64,000 bases of DNA, taken from Candidatus Latescibacterota bacterium. Lineage in GTDB: Bacteria; Latescibacterota; UBA2968; UBA8231. Positions 48,223-59,553 of the stretch are shown here, piece by piece (within the stretch, counting starts at the first letter, position 1; every line of letters begins with the position of its first letter). Position numbers and translations under genes: made by a program. The notes below the pieces were generated by a model that saw only the letters and a program-made list of their open reading frames with translations, did not search any database and was not told where the DNA came from. The stretch covers positions 2,496,001 through 2,560,000 of the forward strand of contig OZ241889.1 of assembly GCA_965203355.1 (NCBI GenBank), read 5' to 3'.

Positions 48223-49578
48223 TTACTCGTAGGCTTCGTGGCGGCGGCGGCGGTCGCTGATGCGGTCTTCGACCGTGTCTTTGGAGACGACTTCGTAGAG
48301 CACAGCTTCCTTGCCTTGGCGGCGGCGGAGGATGCGTCCGAGGCGCTGGACGTGCTCGCGGATGGTCCCCGAGCCAGAGAGGACTACCGCGACGTTGGCT
48401 TCGGGGATGTTGACGCCCTCGTTGAGCACTTTTGAGGCGACGAGGGCGAGGTACTCCCCTTTGTTGAAGGCTTCGAGGATGGCCTTGCGCTCGCGGGTGC
48501 GGGTGCGGTGGGTGATGGCCGGGATCAAGAAAGTGCGGGCGATCTGATGGACGGTCTCGTTGTCGTTGGTAAAAACCAACACGCGATCGCGCGGATGGGC
48601 CTTGAGGATGTCTTCGAGGACGCGGAGCTTGGCGGCCGCGCCGAGGGCGAGTTGGCGGTGGCGGCGGTAGGCGTGCATGGCCCGTCGGCCGCTGGTGCTT
48701 TGGGCCGAGAGCATGACGAAGTGCCGCCAGCCATCTTTGCTGCCGAGGCGGATGTTTTTGGCGGCGAGGAAGGCTTGGTACTCGTCGCGGGCGGCTTCGT
48801 ACTGGACGCGCTCTTCAGCGACCATATCTACTTGGCGGCGCTCGACGCGATAGTCGGCTAGGTACTCACCGGACAAGGCGCGGATGCCGCGCTCGTAGAC
48901 TGTGGGACCGACGAGGGTGTCGAGGAGCACGTGGCGGCCGTCGGCGCGGGCGGGCGTGGCCGTTAGCCCTAGGCGGTAGGGCGCTAGACACATTTCGGCG
49001 GCGTGGCTATACATTTCGCCGGGCAGGTGATGGACCTCGTCGAAGACGATAAGGCCGAAGCGGTTGCCGTAGCGGTCCATCTGCATGTAGGCACTGTCGT
49101 AGGTGGCGACGGTCAGGTCGGCTAGTTCGCGATAGCCGCCGCCGAGCAGGCCGACTTCGACGGCAAATGAGCGGGTGAGCAGGTCGTACCACTGGTTCAT
49201 CAGGTCGATGGTCGGCGCGACCACGAGGGTGCTGCGCTGTACTTCTACCATCGCCATGAGCGCGACGTGCGACTTGCCCGCACCGGTCGGCAAAACGACT
49301 ACGCCGCGGCAGCCGTGCTGTTGCCAAGCGGCGATGCTTTCGGCTTGGTGCGGGTGTGGCTCAGGCGCGGTGTGTAGTTGTAGGGCCAGGGTATTGTAGC
49401 GCGGGGCTGTATTCTTAAAGGTGACATCGTGCCGTTTGAGGTGTTCGACGCTTTCGCGGTAGAAGTGGGCTTGGGCGCGCCAGTGATCGACGCGCGCATC
49501 CCAGACAAAGGCCGGGGGCGCGTCCGCGCCTCGATAGTCGCGCAGAAGCAGAGTGCCTTCTTCAAAGGTCAGACGCAT
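48223..49578 (-). CDS. XPB/Rad25-like SF2 helicase
   Basis: LPTGAGKS, DEVHH, GLTAT and QRLGRILR. Likely start MRLTFEEGT. Confidence 0.9.
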   Translation of the reverse strand: MRLTFEEGTLLLRDYRGADAPPAFVWDARVDHWRAQAHFYRESVEHLKRHDVTFKNTAPRYNTLALQLHTAPEPHPHQAESIAAWQQHGCRGVVVLPTGAGKSHVALMAMVEVQRSTLVVAPTIDLMNQWYDLLTRSFAVEVGLLGGGYRELADLTVATYDSAYMQMDRYGNRFGLIVFDEVHHLPGEMYSHAAEMCLAPYRLGLTATPARADGRHVLLDTLVGPTVYERGIRALSGEYLADYRVERRQVDMVAEERVQYEAARDEYQAFLAAKNIRLGSKDGWRHFVMLSAQSTSGRRAMHAYRRHRQLALGAAAKLRVLEDILKAHPRDRVLVFTNDNETVHQIARTFLIPAITHRTRTRERKAILEAFNKGEYLALVASKVLNEGVNIPEANVAVVLSGSGTIREHVQRLGRILRRRQGKEAVLYEVVSKDTVEDRISDRRRRHEAYE

Positions 49579-49834
49579 ATGAGTCGTTCCACGAGATTTG
49601 AGCGGCAACAAAATCAATGCCGTGTTTTTCTTCACTAGCCTAGCTTTTCTCAGGGTCGCACTCGAATTCCATCAATAGATTATAAAAAACAACAGACAAT
49701 GCGTCTAAATTTGCGCCATGCCCGATGGCCCAAGTCTGCGTTTGTCTTGGCCGCTAGTCGCTCCTTGTGCCCTGTTGCTCTGGGCCGTAACTTATCCAAA
49801 AAACGAGACTTATCCCAACAAAGGACGCTTCTCT

Positions 49835-51259
49835 ATGACGCCGCCCAACATCCTCTGGATCTGCACCGATCAGCAGCGCTACGACACCATCGGCGCGCTC
49901 GGTTATTCCCACGTTGATACGCCGCACCTCGATCGGCTGGTCGCCGAGGGCGTGGCTTTTACACACGCCTATTGCCAAAGCCCGATCTGTACGCCGAGCC
50001 GCGCGAGTTTTCTCACCGGCCAGTACGCTAGTGCCGTCCATATCAACGGCAACGGCCTCGACCGTTTTCCCGACCACCCGCCGCTGGTCACGCGGACGTT
50101 AGCCGAGGCCGGGTACGACTGCGGTCTGATTGGCAAGCTGCACTTGGCCAGCGCCTATCGACGCATTGAGCCGCGCGTCAATGACGGGTATCGCTACTGG
50201 GAGTACAGCCACGCACCCCGCGACGATTGGCCGCAGGGGCACGGCTATGCCGACTGGGTGCGGGCAAAGGGAGAAGTCTTAGGCGAGTTGATGAAGCAAT
50301 ATCCGCACGGATTGCCAGCCGAGTTTCACCAGACGACGTGGTGCGCTGAGAAAACCATTGAGTTTATGAGCGAAAAACGCGCCGGCCCTTGGCTCGCCAG
50401 CGTCAACGTGTACGACCCGCACCCGCCGTTCAATCCGCCGCAGAGCTACCGCGACCGCTTCGACCCAGCCGCCATGCCCGGACCGCTTTTCGCCGACCGC
50501 GACTTGGCGCAGCAGGAAAAACTGGCGGCGATTGATTTCCAGTCCAAGGGACGACGGCCAGACGCGCTCGACATCCGCGATCCCTTGCAAAAAGACCGCC
50601 CAGTGCCCGGGGCTGACGCGCGCGTGTTACAGGCGGCGTACTGCGCGATGATCAAGCAGATCGACGACCAAGTCGGGAGGATGCTAGCCGCGCTCGAAGA
50701 CACCGGCCAGCGCGACCATACCGTGGTGATTTTTACGTCTGACCACGGCGAAATGCTCGGCGATCACGGGTTGATCCAAAAGGGGTGCCGCTTTTACGAG
50801 GGTTTGGTGCGAGTGCCGCTGATTTTTTCTTGGCCGGGACACTTTGAGCGGGGCTTGGTGCGCGACGATCTGGTCGAGTTGACCGACAAAGCACCGACGC
50901 TGTTGGAACTGGCCGGGCTGGCGGTGCCAGCGCGGATGACGGGTCGCTCGCTTTTGCCGATTTTGCGCGGTGAGTGCGCGGCACCGCATCGCGATTTTGT
51001 CCGCTGCGAGTACTACGACGCCCTAGAAGCACCCGATGGCACTTTTGCCACCATGTACCGCGACGAGCGCTACAAATTGGTGCTCTATCACGGACGCGAT
51101 TTGGGCGAGCTGTACGACTTGGAAGAGGACCCCGGCGAGTTTGAAAACATGTGGGACGAGCCGGAGGCGCAGCCGCTCAAGTTGGCGCTGATGCAAAAGA
51201 GTTTCGACGCTTCCATGCTGGCGATGGACCGGGGGCCTCGGCGGGTGGGGCCGATGTGA
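49835..51259 (+). CDS. Sulfatase-like hydrolase (formylglycine type)
   Basis: PNILWICTDQ, CTPSR, GKLH, DPHPP and SDHG. Confidence 0.92.
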   Translation: MTPPNILWICTDQQRYDTIGALGYSHVDTPHLDRLVAEGVAFTHAYCQSPICTPSRASFLTGQYASAVHINGNGLDRFPDHPPLVTRTLAEAGYDCGLIGKLHLASAYRRIEPRVNDGYRYWEYSHAPRDDWPQGHGYADWVRAKGEVLGELMKQYPHGLPAEFHQTTWCAEKTIEFMSEKRAGPWLASVNVYDPHPPFNPPQSYRDRFDPAAMPGPLFADRDLAQQEKLAAIDFQSKGRRPDALDIRDPLQKDRPVPGADARVLQAAYCAMIKQIDDQVGRMLAALEDTGQRDHTVVIFTSDHGEMLGDHGLIQKGCRFYEGLVRVPLIFSWPGHFERGLVRDDLVELTDKAPTLLELAGLAVPARMTGRSLLPILRGECAAPHRDFVRCEYYDALEAPDGTFATMYRDERYKLVLYHGRDLGELYDLEEDPGEFENMWDEPEAQPLKLALMQKSFDASMLAMDRGPRRVGPM

Positions 51260-52077
51260 TGGAGCGGCAGCAGCGAGTGGCGCAGCGACCGATTCGGCGC
51301 TTCCGCGAGGCCGACCAAGCGGCCGAAGACGACTGCGTGACCGTCGAGGAGCCGCTGGAAATCCGCGTGGAAGAGACGCCGATTGCGGTGGTCATGCGCA
51401 CCCCGCGCCACGACTTTGAATTGGCGGCGGGTTTTTTGTGTACCGAGGGCCTGATCAAATCGCCGCAGGAGTTGGGTGCCATCTCGTACTGCACGGCGGC
51501 GGAGCCGCCCAACGAGCAAAATATCGTCGAGGTCAAGCTGGCCGCTGGCGTGGTCTTTGACCGGCAACGCCTCCAGCGCAACTTCTACGCCTCGTCGAGT
51601 TGCGGGGTCTGCGGCAAGGCCAGCATTGAAGCTATCACCTGCGAGGCCCCGGCGCTGACGGGCGATTTTACCGTACCGCTAGCCGTGCTCTACGGCCTCG
51701 GCGACCGCATGCGTCAGGCCCAAGATGTATTCGAACAAACCGGCTCGCTACACGCGGCGGCTCTATTTAGCCGAGCGGGCGCCTTGCGCGTTTTGCGCGA
51801 GGACGTGGGGCGGCACAACGCAGTAGATAAGCTCATCGGCCACTACGCGCTGCACAACGCATCGGTCCCCGCCAAAAGCGTGCTGATGGTCAGCGGCCGC
51901 ACCAGCTTTGAAATCGTGCAGAAGGCGCGGATGGCGGGGATTGCGGTGGTCGCGGCCGTATCGGCACCGTCGAGCTTGGCGGTGGATCTGGCGCGGGAAT
52001 CCGGCATGACGCTGTTGGGATTTTTGCGCGGGCGCGGGTTCAATGTATATACCGGAGAAAAGCGGATTGTCGTTTAG
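51259..52077 (+). CDS. fdhD: Formate dehydrogenase accessory sulfurtransferase
   Basis: EEPLEI, MRTP, SSCGVCG, TGSLH, EDVGRHNAVDK, SGR and SAPSSLA. Confidence 0.95.
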   Translation: MERQQRVAQRPIRRFREADQAAEDDCVTVEEPLEIRVEETPIAVVMRTPRHDFELAAGFLCTEGLIKSPQELGAISYCTAAEPPNEQNIVEVKLAAGVVFDRQRLQRNFYASSSCGVCGKASIEAITCEAPALTGDFTVPLAVLYGLGDRMRQAQDVFEQTGSLHAAALFSRAGALRVLREDVGRHNAVDKLIGHYALHNASVPAKSVLMVSGRTSFEIVQKARMAGIAVVAAVSAPSSLAVDLARESGMTLLGFLRGRGFNVYTGEKRIVV

Positions 52078-52441
52078 GCGCGATCGACCGCGACCGTTGT
52101 TGAAGCCGGTGCCGAGTACCGCCCCGACCTGCTCAAAATGAGCGAGTTGATTCACTTTCGTCCCTTTACGGGCAGCCATTGCCAGACGCCAGTCACCAAC
52201 GGCCGCGGGGTGCTCGACGCGGATTTTATCACGTGGCGCGACAACTTTCTCAAGCACTTGCTCTGACCATTGGGTCAAGGGACAGCGCCGGGCCACCGAG
52301 CTATGGGCGGTCGTCGAGCTGGGGCCGAAGGGTTCGGGCTACGCGCTCGACTGTTTTCCCGATGTGTGGAAGGACGCGATCGTCGCGCGCAGTGAGATTG
52401 ATAAGGCGTTCAAGGGGGTGCTGCGGCAGGCGAAGAAGTAG
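52078..52441 (+). pseudogene. Probable 3' remnant of a sugar phosphate isomerase/epimerase-like (TIM barrel) gene, with a frameshift near 52262
   Basis: RPDLLKMSELIHFRPFTGSHCQTPVTNGRG..WRDNFLKHLL continues in the +1 frame as DHWVKG..ELWAVVELGPKGSGYALDCFPDVWKDAIVARSEIDKAF. The family is recalled from memory only. Confidence 0.4.
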
Positions 52442-52634
52442 CGTTTTACTCAGAGATCGGCTCGCGCGGCGGTATGTCCGCCCAAGGGCGCGACGAATAG
52501 ATCTGGTAACAATGAGGGCGATCCTTGGCGACATGAAGCGCGCCGGATGCTGCCGGTGACAACGGCGAGAGCGAGCAGGCGTTTTCAACCGCCGCCCGGC
52601 ACGCCTCGGTGGATTGCACGCTGTTGTCCTCGCC

Positions 52635-54260
<1,626 letters not shown>

Positions 54261-54386
54261 TGGAATCCTTAGTTAGAGGGCTATGGGGCGGTGTTTGACC
54301 TGTGCCAGCGTTGGCAGCACCGAGGGGACAACGTAGAATCGCGCAGAGTCGCGGCGTCTCTCGTCTAATATAGTACAAAAGCGCGA

Positions 54387-55430
54387 CTACAAAGCCAACG
54401 CCCAGTGGACCGCTTCGGCGGCCAGTTCCACAGCCCGGTCGATGTCGTCGGCCGCGATGTCTGGATGGGTCACCCAGCGGCAGAACCGCTCCGGCTCGAA
54501 GCCGCCGGTTAATACGCCATGCCGGGCCATAAAGTCCGACCAGGCCGCTAGATCTAGGCGATCTTCGGTCACCTGCATGTAGAGAATATTCGTCACTACT
54601 CGACTGCGATCGACGGCCAGCCCTTCGACGGCGTCGAGCCCGATGGCCAGCCGTGCGGCATGCTCGTGATCTTGCACCATGCGCTCGTTTGTGGTGTCCA
54701 GTGCCGCCAGACAGGCTGCGGCCACGACCCCGCCTTGCTTCCAGTTGCCCCCAAGCATCCAGCGGTTGTGCCGCGCCTGTTCAATGAATTTGCCCGAACC
54801 GGCCAACAAGGCACCGCATGGGGCGGCTAGGACTTTTGATAGCCCTAGGAATACTGAATCGGCGCAAGAAGCCAATTCTTGGGGCGCGACGCCCAACCCG
54901 ATGCAGGCGTTGAAAAGCCGCGCCCCATCGAGATGCACTGGTATCCCGCGTTCCGCCGCCCACCCGGCCAAATGGCCGAGATGATCCAACTCAATCAAGG
55001 TGCCACCGGGGGTATTGACCGAATTCTCCAGACAAAGCAGACCCGGCTTCAGCCCTTCGCCCTCTGCTTCTTCGACCATCAGCCGCGTGCTTCCCGCGTG
55101 CGTCTGGTCTGACACCACTGCGAGTTCGACCCCGGCGACTCGCCGCATTGCCACGCGCTCGTAGTCGAATATGTGAAAGTGCTCCCCCACGATGATGGTT
55201 GCACCGGCTTCGACGTGAGACATCACGGCCGTTAGATTGGCCATGGTGCCGCTGTGTACAAAGAGTGCCGCTTCTTTGCCCAGCAAATGCGCTCCTCTTT
55301 CCTCCAACTGATTTATGGTCGGATCGTCGCGAAAATCGTCGTTGCCCACTTGGGCCTCGGCCATGGCTCGGCGCATGGCGGGCGTCGGCTGACTTGAGGC
55401 ATCGCTGCGAAAATCGAGAATTTTGCTCAA
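54387..55430 (-). CDS. Low-specificity L-threonine aldolase family
   Basis: DFRSD, SGTMANL, HLDGARLFNA and LSKVLAAP. Confidence 0.88.
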   Translation of the reverse strand: MSKILDFRSDASSQPTPAMRRAMAEAQVGNDDFRDDPTINQLEERGAHLLGKEAALFVHSGTMANLTAVMSHVEAGATIIVGEHFHIFDYERVAMRRVAGVELAVVSDQTHAGSTRLMVEEAEGEGLKPGLLCLENSVNTPGGTLIELDHLGHLAGWAAERGIPVHLDGARLFNACIGLGVAPQELASCADSVFLGLSKVLAAPCGALLAGSGKFIEQARHNRWMLGGNWKQGGVVAAACLAALDTTNERMVQDHEHAARLAIGLDAVEGLAVDRSRVVTNILYMQVTEDRLDLAAWSDFMARHGVLTGGFEPERFCRWVTHPDIAADDIDRAVELAAEAVHWALAL

Positions 55431-55447
55431 GTATGGTTTCCTTTCCC

Positions 55448-56722
55448 TTAGTTGAGTTGGGAAAAGCGATTGGGTGTGAAGAGGGTTTGGAGGGTTTGGG
55501 CGATGTTAGCGCGGGTTACTTGTCGGCCCGCGTCGTGCAGGTCTTGGTATTTTTCGCTTAGGACTTTGGCGAGGATGTCCCGGAAGCGCTGCCACTTGGG
55601 GATGAGGTTTTCCAGTACGCGCGCGTCCGAGTTGAAGGGGATGAAGCGGTCGCCGGTCATCTCTAGGCGCGTCCGCAGGTCCTGTTCGACTAAGCCTGGA
55701 TGGTAATTGAACCACCAGTGGCCAATGACCATGATGTTGTCGTTGTGACAGGAGAGGACGCTGGCGTCGTACTGATTGGCGTTGTGAAGCGGGGTGATGA
55801 AGAAGGCGTTGTCGGGATGGCGGCGCACTAGCTGCTGGTAGGGATACATGTCGGCTAGGCCGAGGCCATCACCGGCGTCGCGCCATTCGGGCTTGAGCTG
55901 GCGGATGGGGCCGGGCATCATGAAGAAGGGCAAGTTGAGTTCGCGCAGGGCTGGTAGCACCGAGTGGTGGAGGACGGCCCCCTCCAGCCCGCTGAGGTCG
56001 TGGACTTGGCAGTGAGGCGGGAACGAACACGCGCCGTACGCGACGCCGTGCAACTTGTCGTACCAGTCGGCGAGGAAGCGACGGATGGCTTGGGCTGTGG
56101 CTGGCTGGCTGGGGTCGTTGCCGACCGCGTAGCCCCAGGCGTTGAGCTGTACCGCGGCGCGCGGGTAGTGCAAGACGAGTTCGTCGAGGCGGTAGCCGGA
56201 CCGATAGCATTCGTCCCACTCGCCGCTTTCGTAATAGACGCGCTCTTGGTCGTTGAATACGTCTTGGGTGCCGACGATGCGGCGCACGCCCGCCAGTTCC
56301 ATACAGCGGCGTTGGATTTCTTCCGGGGCCGTGTCCGCGTAGAACTGACGCGCCTGGTCGAGGGTGGTGGCGTTGGCGTCGAGGCCGAGGGCTTCTAGCG
56401 CGACGATCACGCCGCGACAGCCTTCGTCGAACGGGTCGGAAGCCGCGTCGGCAAACAGCTTCTGCCAAGTAAAGTCGCCTTGTTTTTCTAGCGGCCACGA
56501 ATAAAAGGTAGCCGGGTCGATGTGCCCGGCGGCGAAAAGTTTGCGGCGCACGTAGTGATAGACGAGCTGCTGGTCAATGCCGTACAGGCAGAGCTGGGGG
56601 CCGGCTTGAGGGCCGAGGAGATGGGTATGCCAGTCGTCGACAATCAGCCGTTGGGCCGAGGTTTCTTCGGCGACGACAGCGGGGATTTGGTCGCGGGATA
56701 GGGGTAGGGTCGCAGTGCTCAT
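55448..56722 (-). CDS. Glucuronate (uronate) isomerase, amidohydrolase superfamily
   Basis: DWHTHL, GIDQQLVYHY, EGCRGV, GHWWF and SDARVLE. Confidence 0.8.
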   Translation of the reverse strand: MSTATLPLSRDQIPAVVAEETSAQRLIVDDWHTHLLGPQAGPQLCLYGIDQQLVYHYVRRKLFAAGHIDPATFYSWPLEKQGDFTWQKLFADAASDPFDEGCRGVIVALEALGLDANATTLDQARQFYADTAPEEIQRRCMELAGVRRIVGTQDVFNDQERVYYESGEWDECYRSGYRLDELVLHYPRAAVQLNAWGYAVGNDPSQPATAQAIRRFLADWYDKLHGVAYGACSFPPHCQVHDLSGLEGAVLHHSVLPALRELNLPFFMMPGPIRQLKPEWRDAGDGLGLADMYPYQQLVRRHPDNAFFITPLHNANQYDASVLSCHNDNIMVIGHWWFNYHPGLVEQDLRTRLEMTGDRFIPFNSDARVLENLIPKWQRFRDILAKVLSEKYQDLHDAGRQVTRANIAQTLQTLFTPNRFSQLN

Positions 56723-56845
56723 GGTGGAAGGCTCCGGTCGAGTTAAAGGGCCTAACAGTAGGCCAAGTGCAACGGGGCGTCAAAGTTGCCCTTGTATGTC
56801 AACAGACGCAGAGCCTTTGTCGTCAGATGGAGCCGATGTGAAAGT

Positions 56846-59551
56846 TTATTGTGGATACCGAAACGCCTCGACGCGCACCGGGCAGACCTTGAGCTCAGCC
56901 GTGTGGGTGACGGGGTCGTAGCCGGAGCCGGTGAGGACGTTGATCGGCACGTCGTTGAAGCTGAAACTGGCAAAGACCGTGCCGCGCGGCGAGCGGGTGG
57001 TGGCTTTGACGCGGATTTTAATGGTGCCGCGGGCGCTGGACAGGCGGCACAAGTCGCCGTCTGCGAGGCCCCAAGCCGCGAGGTCTTCGGGGTGGACTTC
57101 GAGGCGTTCTTCGGCGAGTAGGTAGTCGATCCCTTGGGCGCGGCCGGTCTGAGTGCGGGTATGGTAGGATTGGAGTCGGCGGCCAGTCGTCAGCCAGATC
57201 GGGAACTCAGCCGACAGAGTCTCGGCCGGGTCGCGGTAGCGGATGACCTTGAAAAGGCCGCGGCCGTTTTTGAAGGTCCCCTCGTGTAAAATTGGCGTCC
57301 CCGGGTGGCCCTTTTCGGGTACGGGCCAGTGGTACTCTCCCTTGTCGATTCGCTCCCAATCGAGGCCAGCATAGATGGGCGAGAGGCCGCACAGTTCGTT
57401 GAATACGTCCTCGGCCGCGGTGTAGTCGAAGCCGCTAAAGCCCAGCCGCTGGGCGAGCTGACTGATGATCCACCAGTCGGGCTTGGCCTCGCCGGGCGGG
57501 GGCACGGCTTGGCGCAGGCGCTGGACCCGGCGCTCGGTGTTGACGCAGACCCCGTCGGTCTCGGCAAAGGCGCTGGCCGGGAAGACCACGTCGGCTAGCT
57601 GGGCGGTCTCGGTGAGAAAAATGTCGATGACCACGAGGTGATCCAGGCTTTTGAGGGCGTGTTCGCAGTGGTTGCGGTCTGGGTCGGAGACGACGGTGTT
57701 TTCGCCGTCGATAATCATGGCGAAAATCTCGCTGCCGCAGCGGTTGAGTGCTTGGACCTTGGTGATGCCTTTGTCCGGGTCTATTTCGCGTCCGTAGAGC
57801 GCGGTGAATTTTGCCCGATTTTCAGGCCGATCAACCGGCTGGAAGCCGGGGTAATTGGATGGGATGGCCCCAGAGTCGCCGGCGCCTTGGATGTTGTTTT
57901 GCCCGCGCATGGGATTGATGCCGGTGCCCTCGCGGCCGATGTTGCCCGTCAGCAGGGCGAGATTGCACAGGCTCTGGACGTTATCGACGCCGCAGATGTG
58001 CTCGGTGATGCCGAGCGTGTAGTAGATGGCGGCTTTGTCGGCGGCCCCGTACCAACGGGCGGCCTGTTCAATGGCGGCGGCGGGCACCTCGGTAATGGTC
58101 GCAGCCCACTCGGGCGTGAACTCGACGACATGCGCTAGGAACGGCTCAAAGTCGGCCGTGCGCGCTTCCATAAAGGCGCGATCGGCTAGATTGTCGCGGG
58201 CGATCACGTGGGCCATAGCCAGCAAGAGTGCCACGTCCGAGCCAACGCGGATCGGCAGGTACAGGTCGGCCATCTGCGCGAGGTCGATCTTGCGCGGATC
58301 GGCCACGATCATTTTGGCCCCGCGCTTGAGTGCCTTCTTAAGGCGCGTCGCGGCCACTGGGTGGCACTCGGTCATGTTGGTGCCGATGCAAAAAATCAGG
58401 TCCGGTTTGTCCATGTCGGCCAAAGGGTTCGACATGGCTCCGCGTCCGATGGTGGCTGCCAGACCGGCAACCGTGGGGGCGTGTCAGGCACGGCTACAGT
58501 TGTCTATGTAGTGCGTACCGTAGCCTCGGCGGATAAACTTTTGCAGGCAGTAGTTGGCTTCCGACGGCGTGCGGCCGGAGGCGACGCCGTAGATGGCGTG
58601 GCGACCGTGTTTGGCGAGCACCTGGGCAAAGCCTTGGGCGGCGCGGTCGAGCGCGGTCTCCCAATCGGTGGGGTGAAGCTGGCCGTCCTCGCCGCGGACT
58701 AGGGGCTGTGTGAGCCGGTCGCGGTGCTGGACGAAGTCAAAGGCAAACTGGCCCTTAATGCACAGCGCACCCTCGTTGGCCGGGCCGTCCATGGCCGGTT
58801 GGATGCCGACGAGCCTATCCCCTTTGGACAGCAGATCCACGGCGCAGCCAACGCCGCAATACGGGCAGACCGAACGGGTCTTTTCGATGGCGCCGGGCAA
58901 GTCGGCGGCGCGCAGGGCCTTTTTGTCGGCGAGGGCCCCGGTGGGGCAGGTCTGGACGCATTGGCCGCAGAAGGTGCAGGACGAATCCTTGAGCAAGCCA
59001 TTGAATTCGGTGGTGATCTGCTTGTGAAAGCCGCGCCCCATCGCGGCAATGGCGTGGTCGCCTTCCTGCTCGGCGCAGACGCGGACGCAGCGATTGCACG
59101 AGATGCACAAGTCGTAATCGCGCAAGATGAAGGGGTTGTCGTCGGCTGGATGTGCTTGGCCTGATCGCTTGCCTTGGAAGCGGCCAGAGCGCGCTTGGTA
59201 GCGGTCGGCGAGGTCGGTTAGCTCTTGCGAAGCGTATCCGCGCAGGGGATCCACCTCGACTGCGCGGTTTTCCGAGACCACCATTTCGAGCAGGGTCTTG
59301 CGGTGCTTTTCAATGGTCGCAGTCGCCGTTTTGACGACCATGCCGGGCGCGGCTTGGGCCGTGCAGGAGGCGACTGGATTGCGCGCTCCCTCGACTTCGA
59401 CCACGCAGAGCCGACAGGCCCCAAAAGGTTCTAGGCGCGGGTCGTAGCAGAGGGTGGGGATGTCGCGGTGCTGGCGTTGGGCAATCTCGTAGAGGGTCTC
59501 GTTAGGAGCAAAGGGAATTTCTTCGCCGTCTAGAGTCAGGGTGGTATCCAT
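56846..59551 (-). CDS. fdhF: Selenocysteine-containing formate dehydrogenase alpha subunit (FdhF/FdsA type, 901 aa)
   Basis: ORFs 58484-59551 and 56846-58435 are in one frame, joined across TGA 58484-58486: IDNCSRA-U-HAPTVAGL. N-terminal Fe-S motifs (GACRLC, CISCNRC, CTFCGQC, CPYCGVGC) and RGQNN. Confidence 0.93.
58454..58472 (-). promoter_or_regulatory. Bacterial SECIS element
   Basis: GGUUGCC-GGUCU-GGCAGCC hairpin starts 11 nt after the UGA, closely matching the E. coli fdhF SECIS arrangement. Confidence 0.9.
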
Positions 59552-59553
59552 GG

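Noticed and set aside
52075-52077. Pyrrolysine or amber readthrough of fdhD
   Set aside because: FdhD is complete at this stop and no pyl genes are visible.
52558-52628. Imperfect inverted repeat (GACAACGGCG/CGCTGTTGTC) as an ncRNA or MITE
   Set aside because: Single copy just past the fumarase stop; most simply a terminator-like hairpin.
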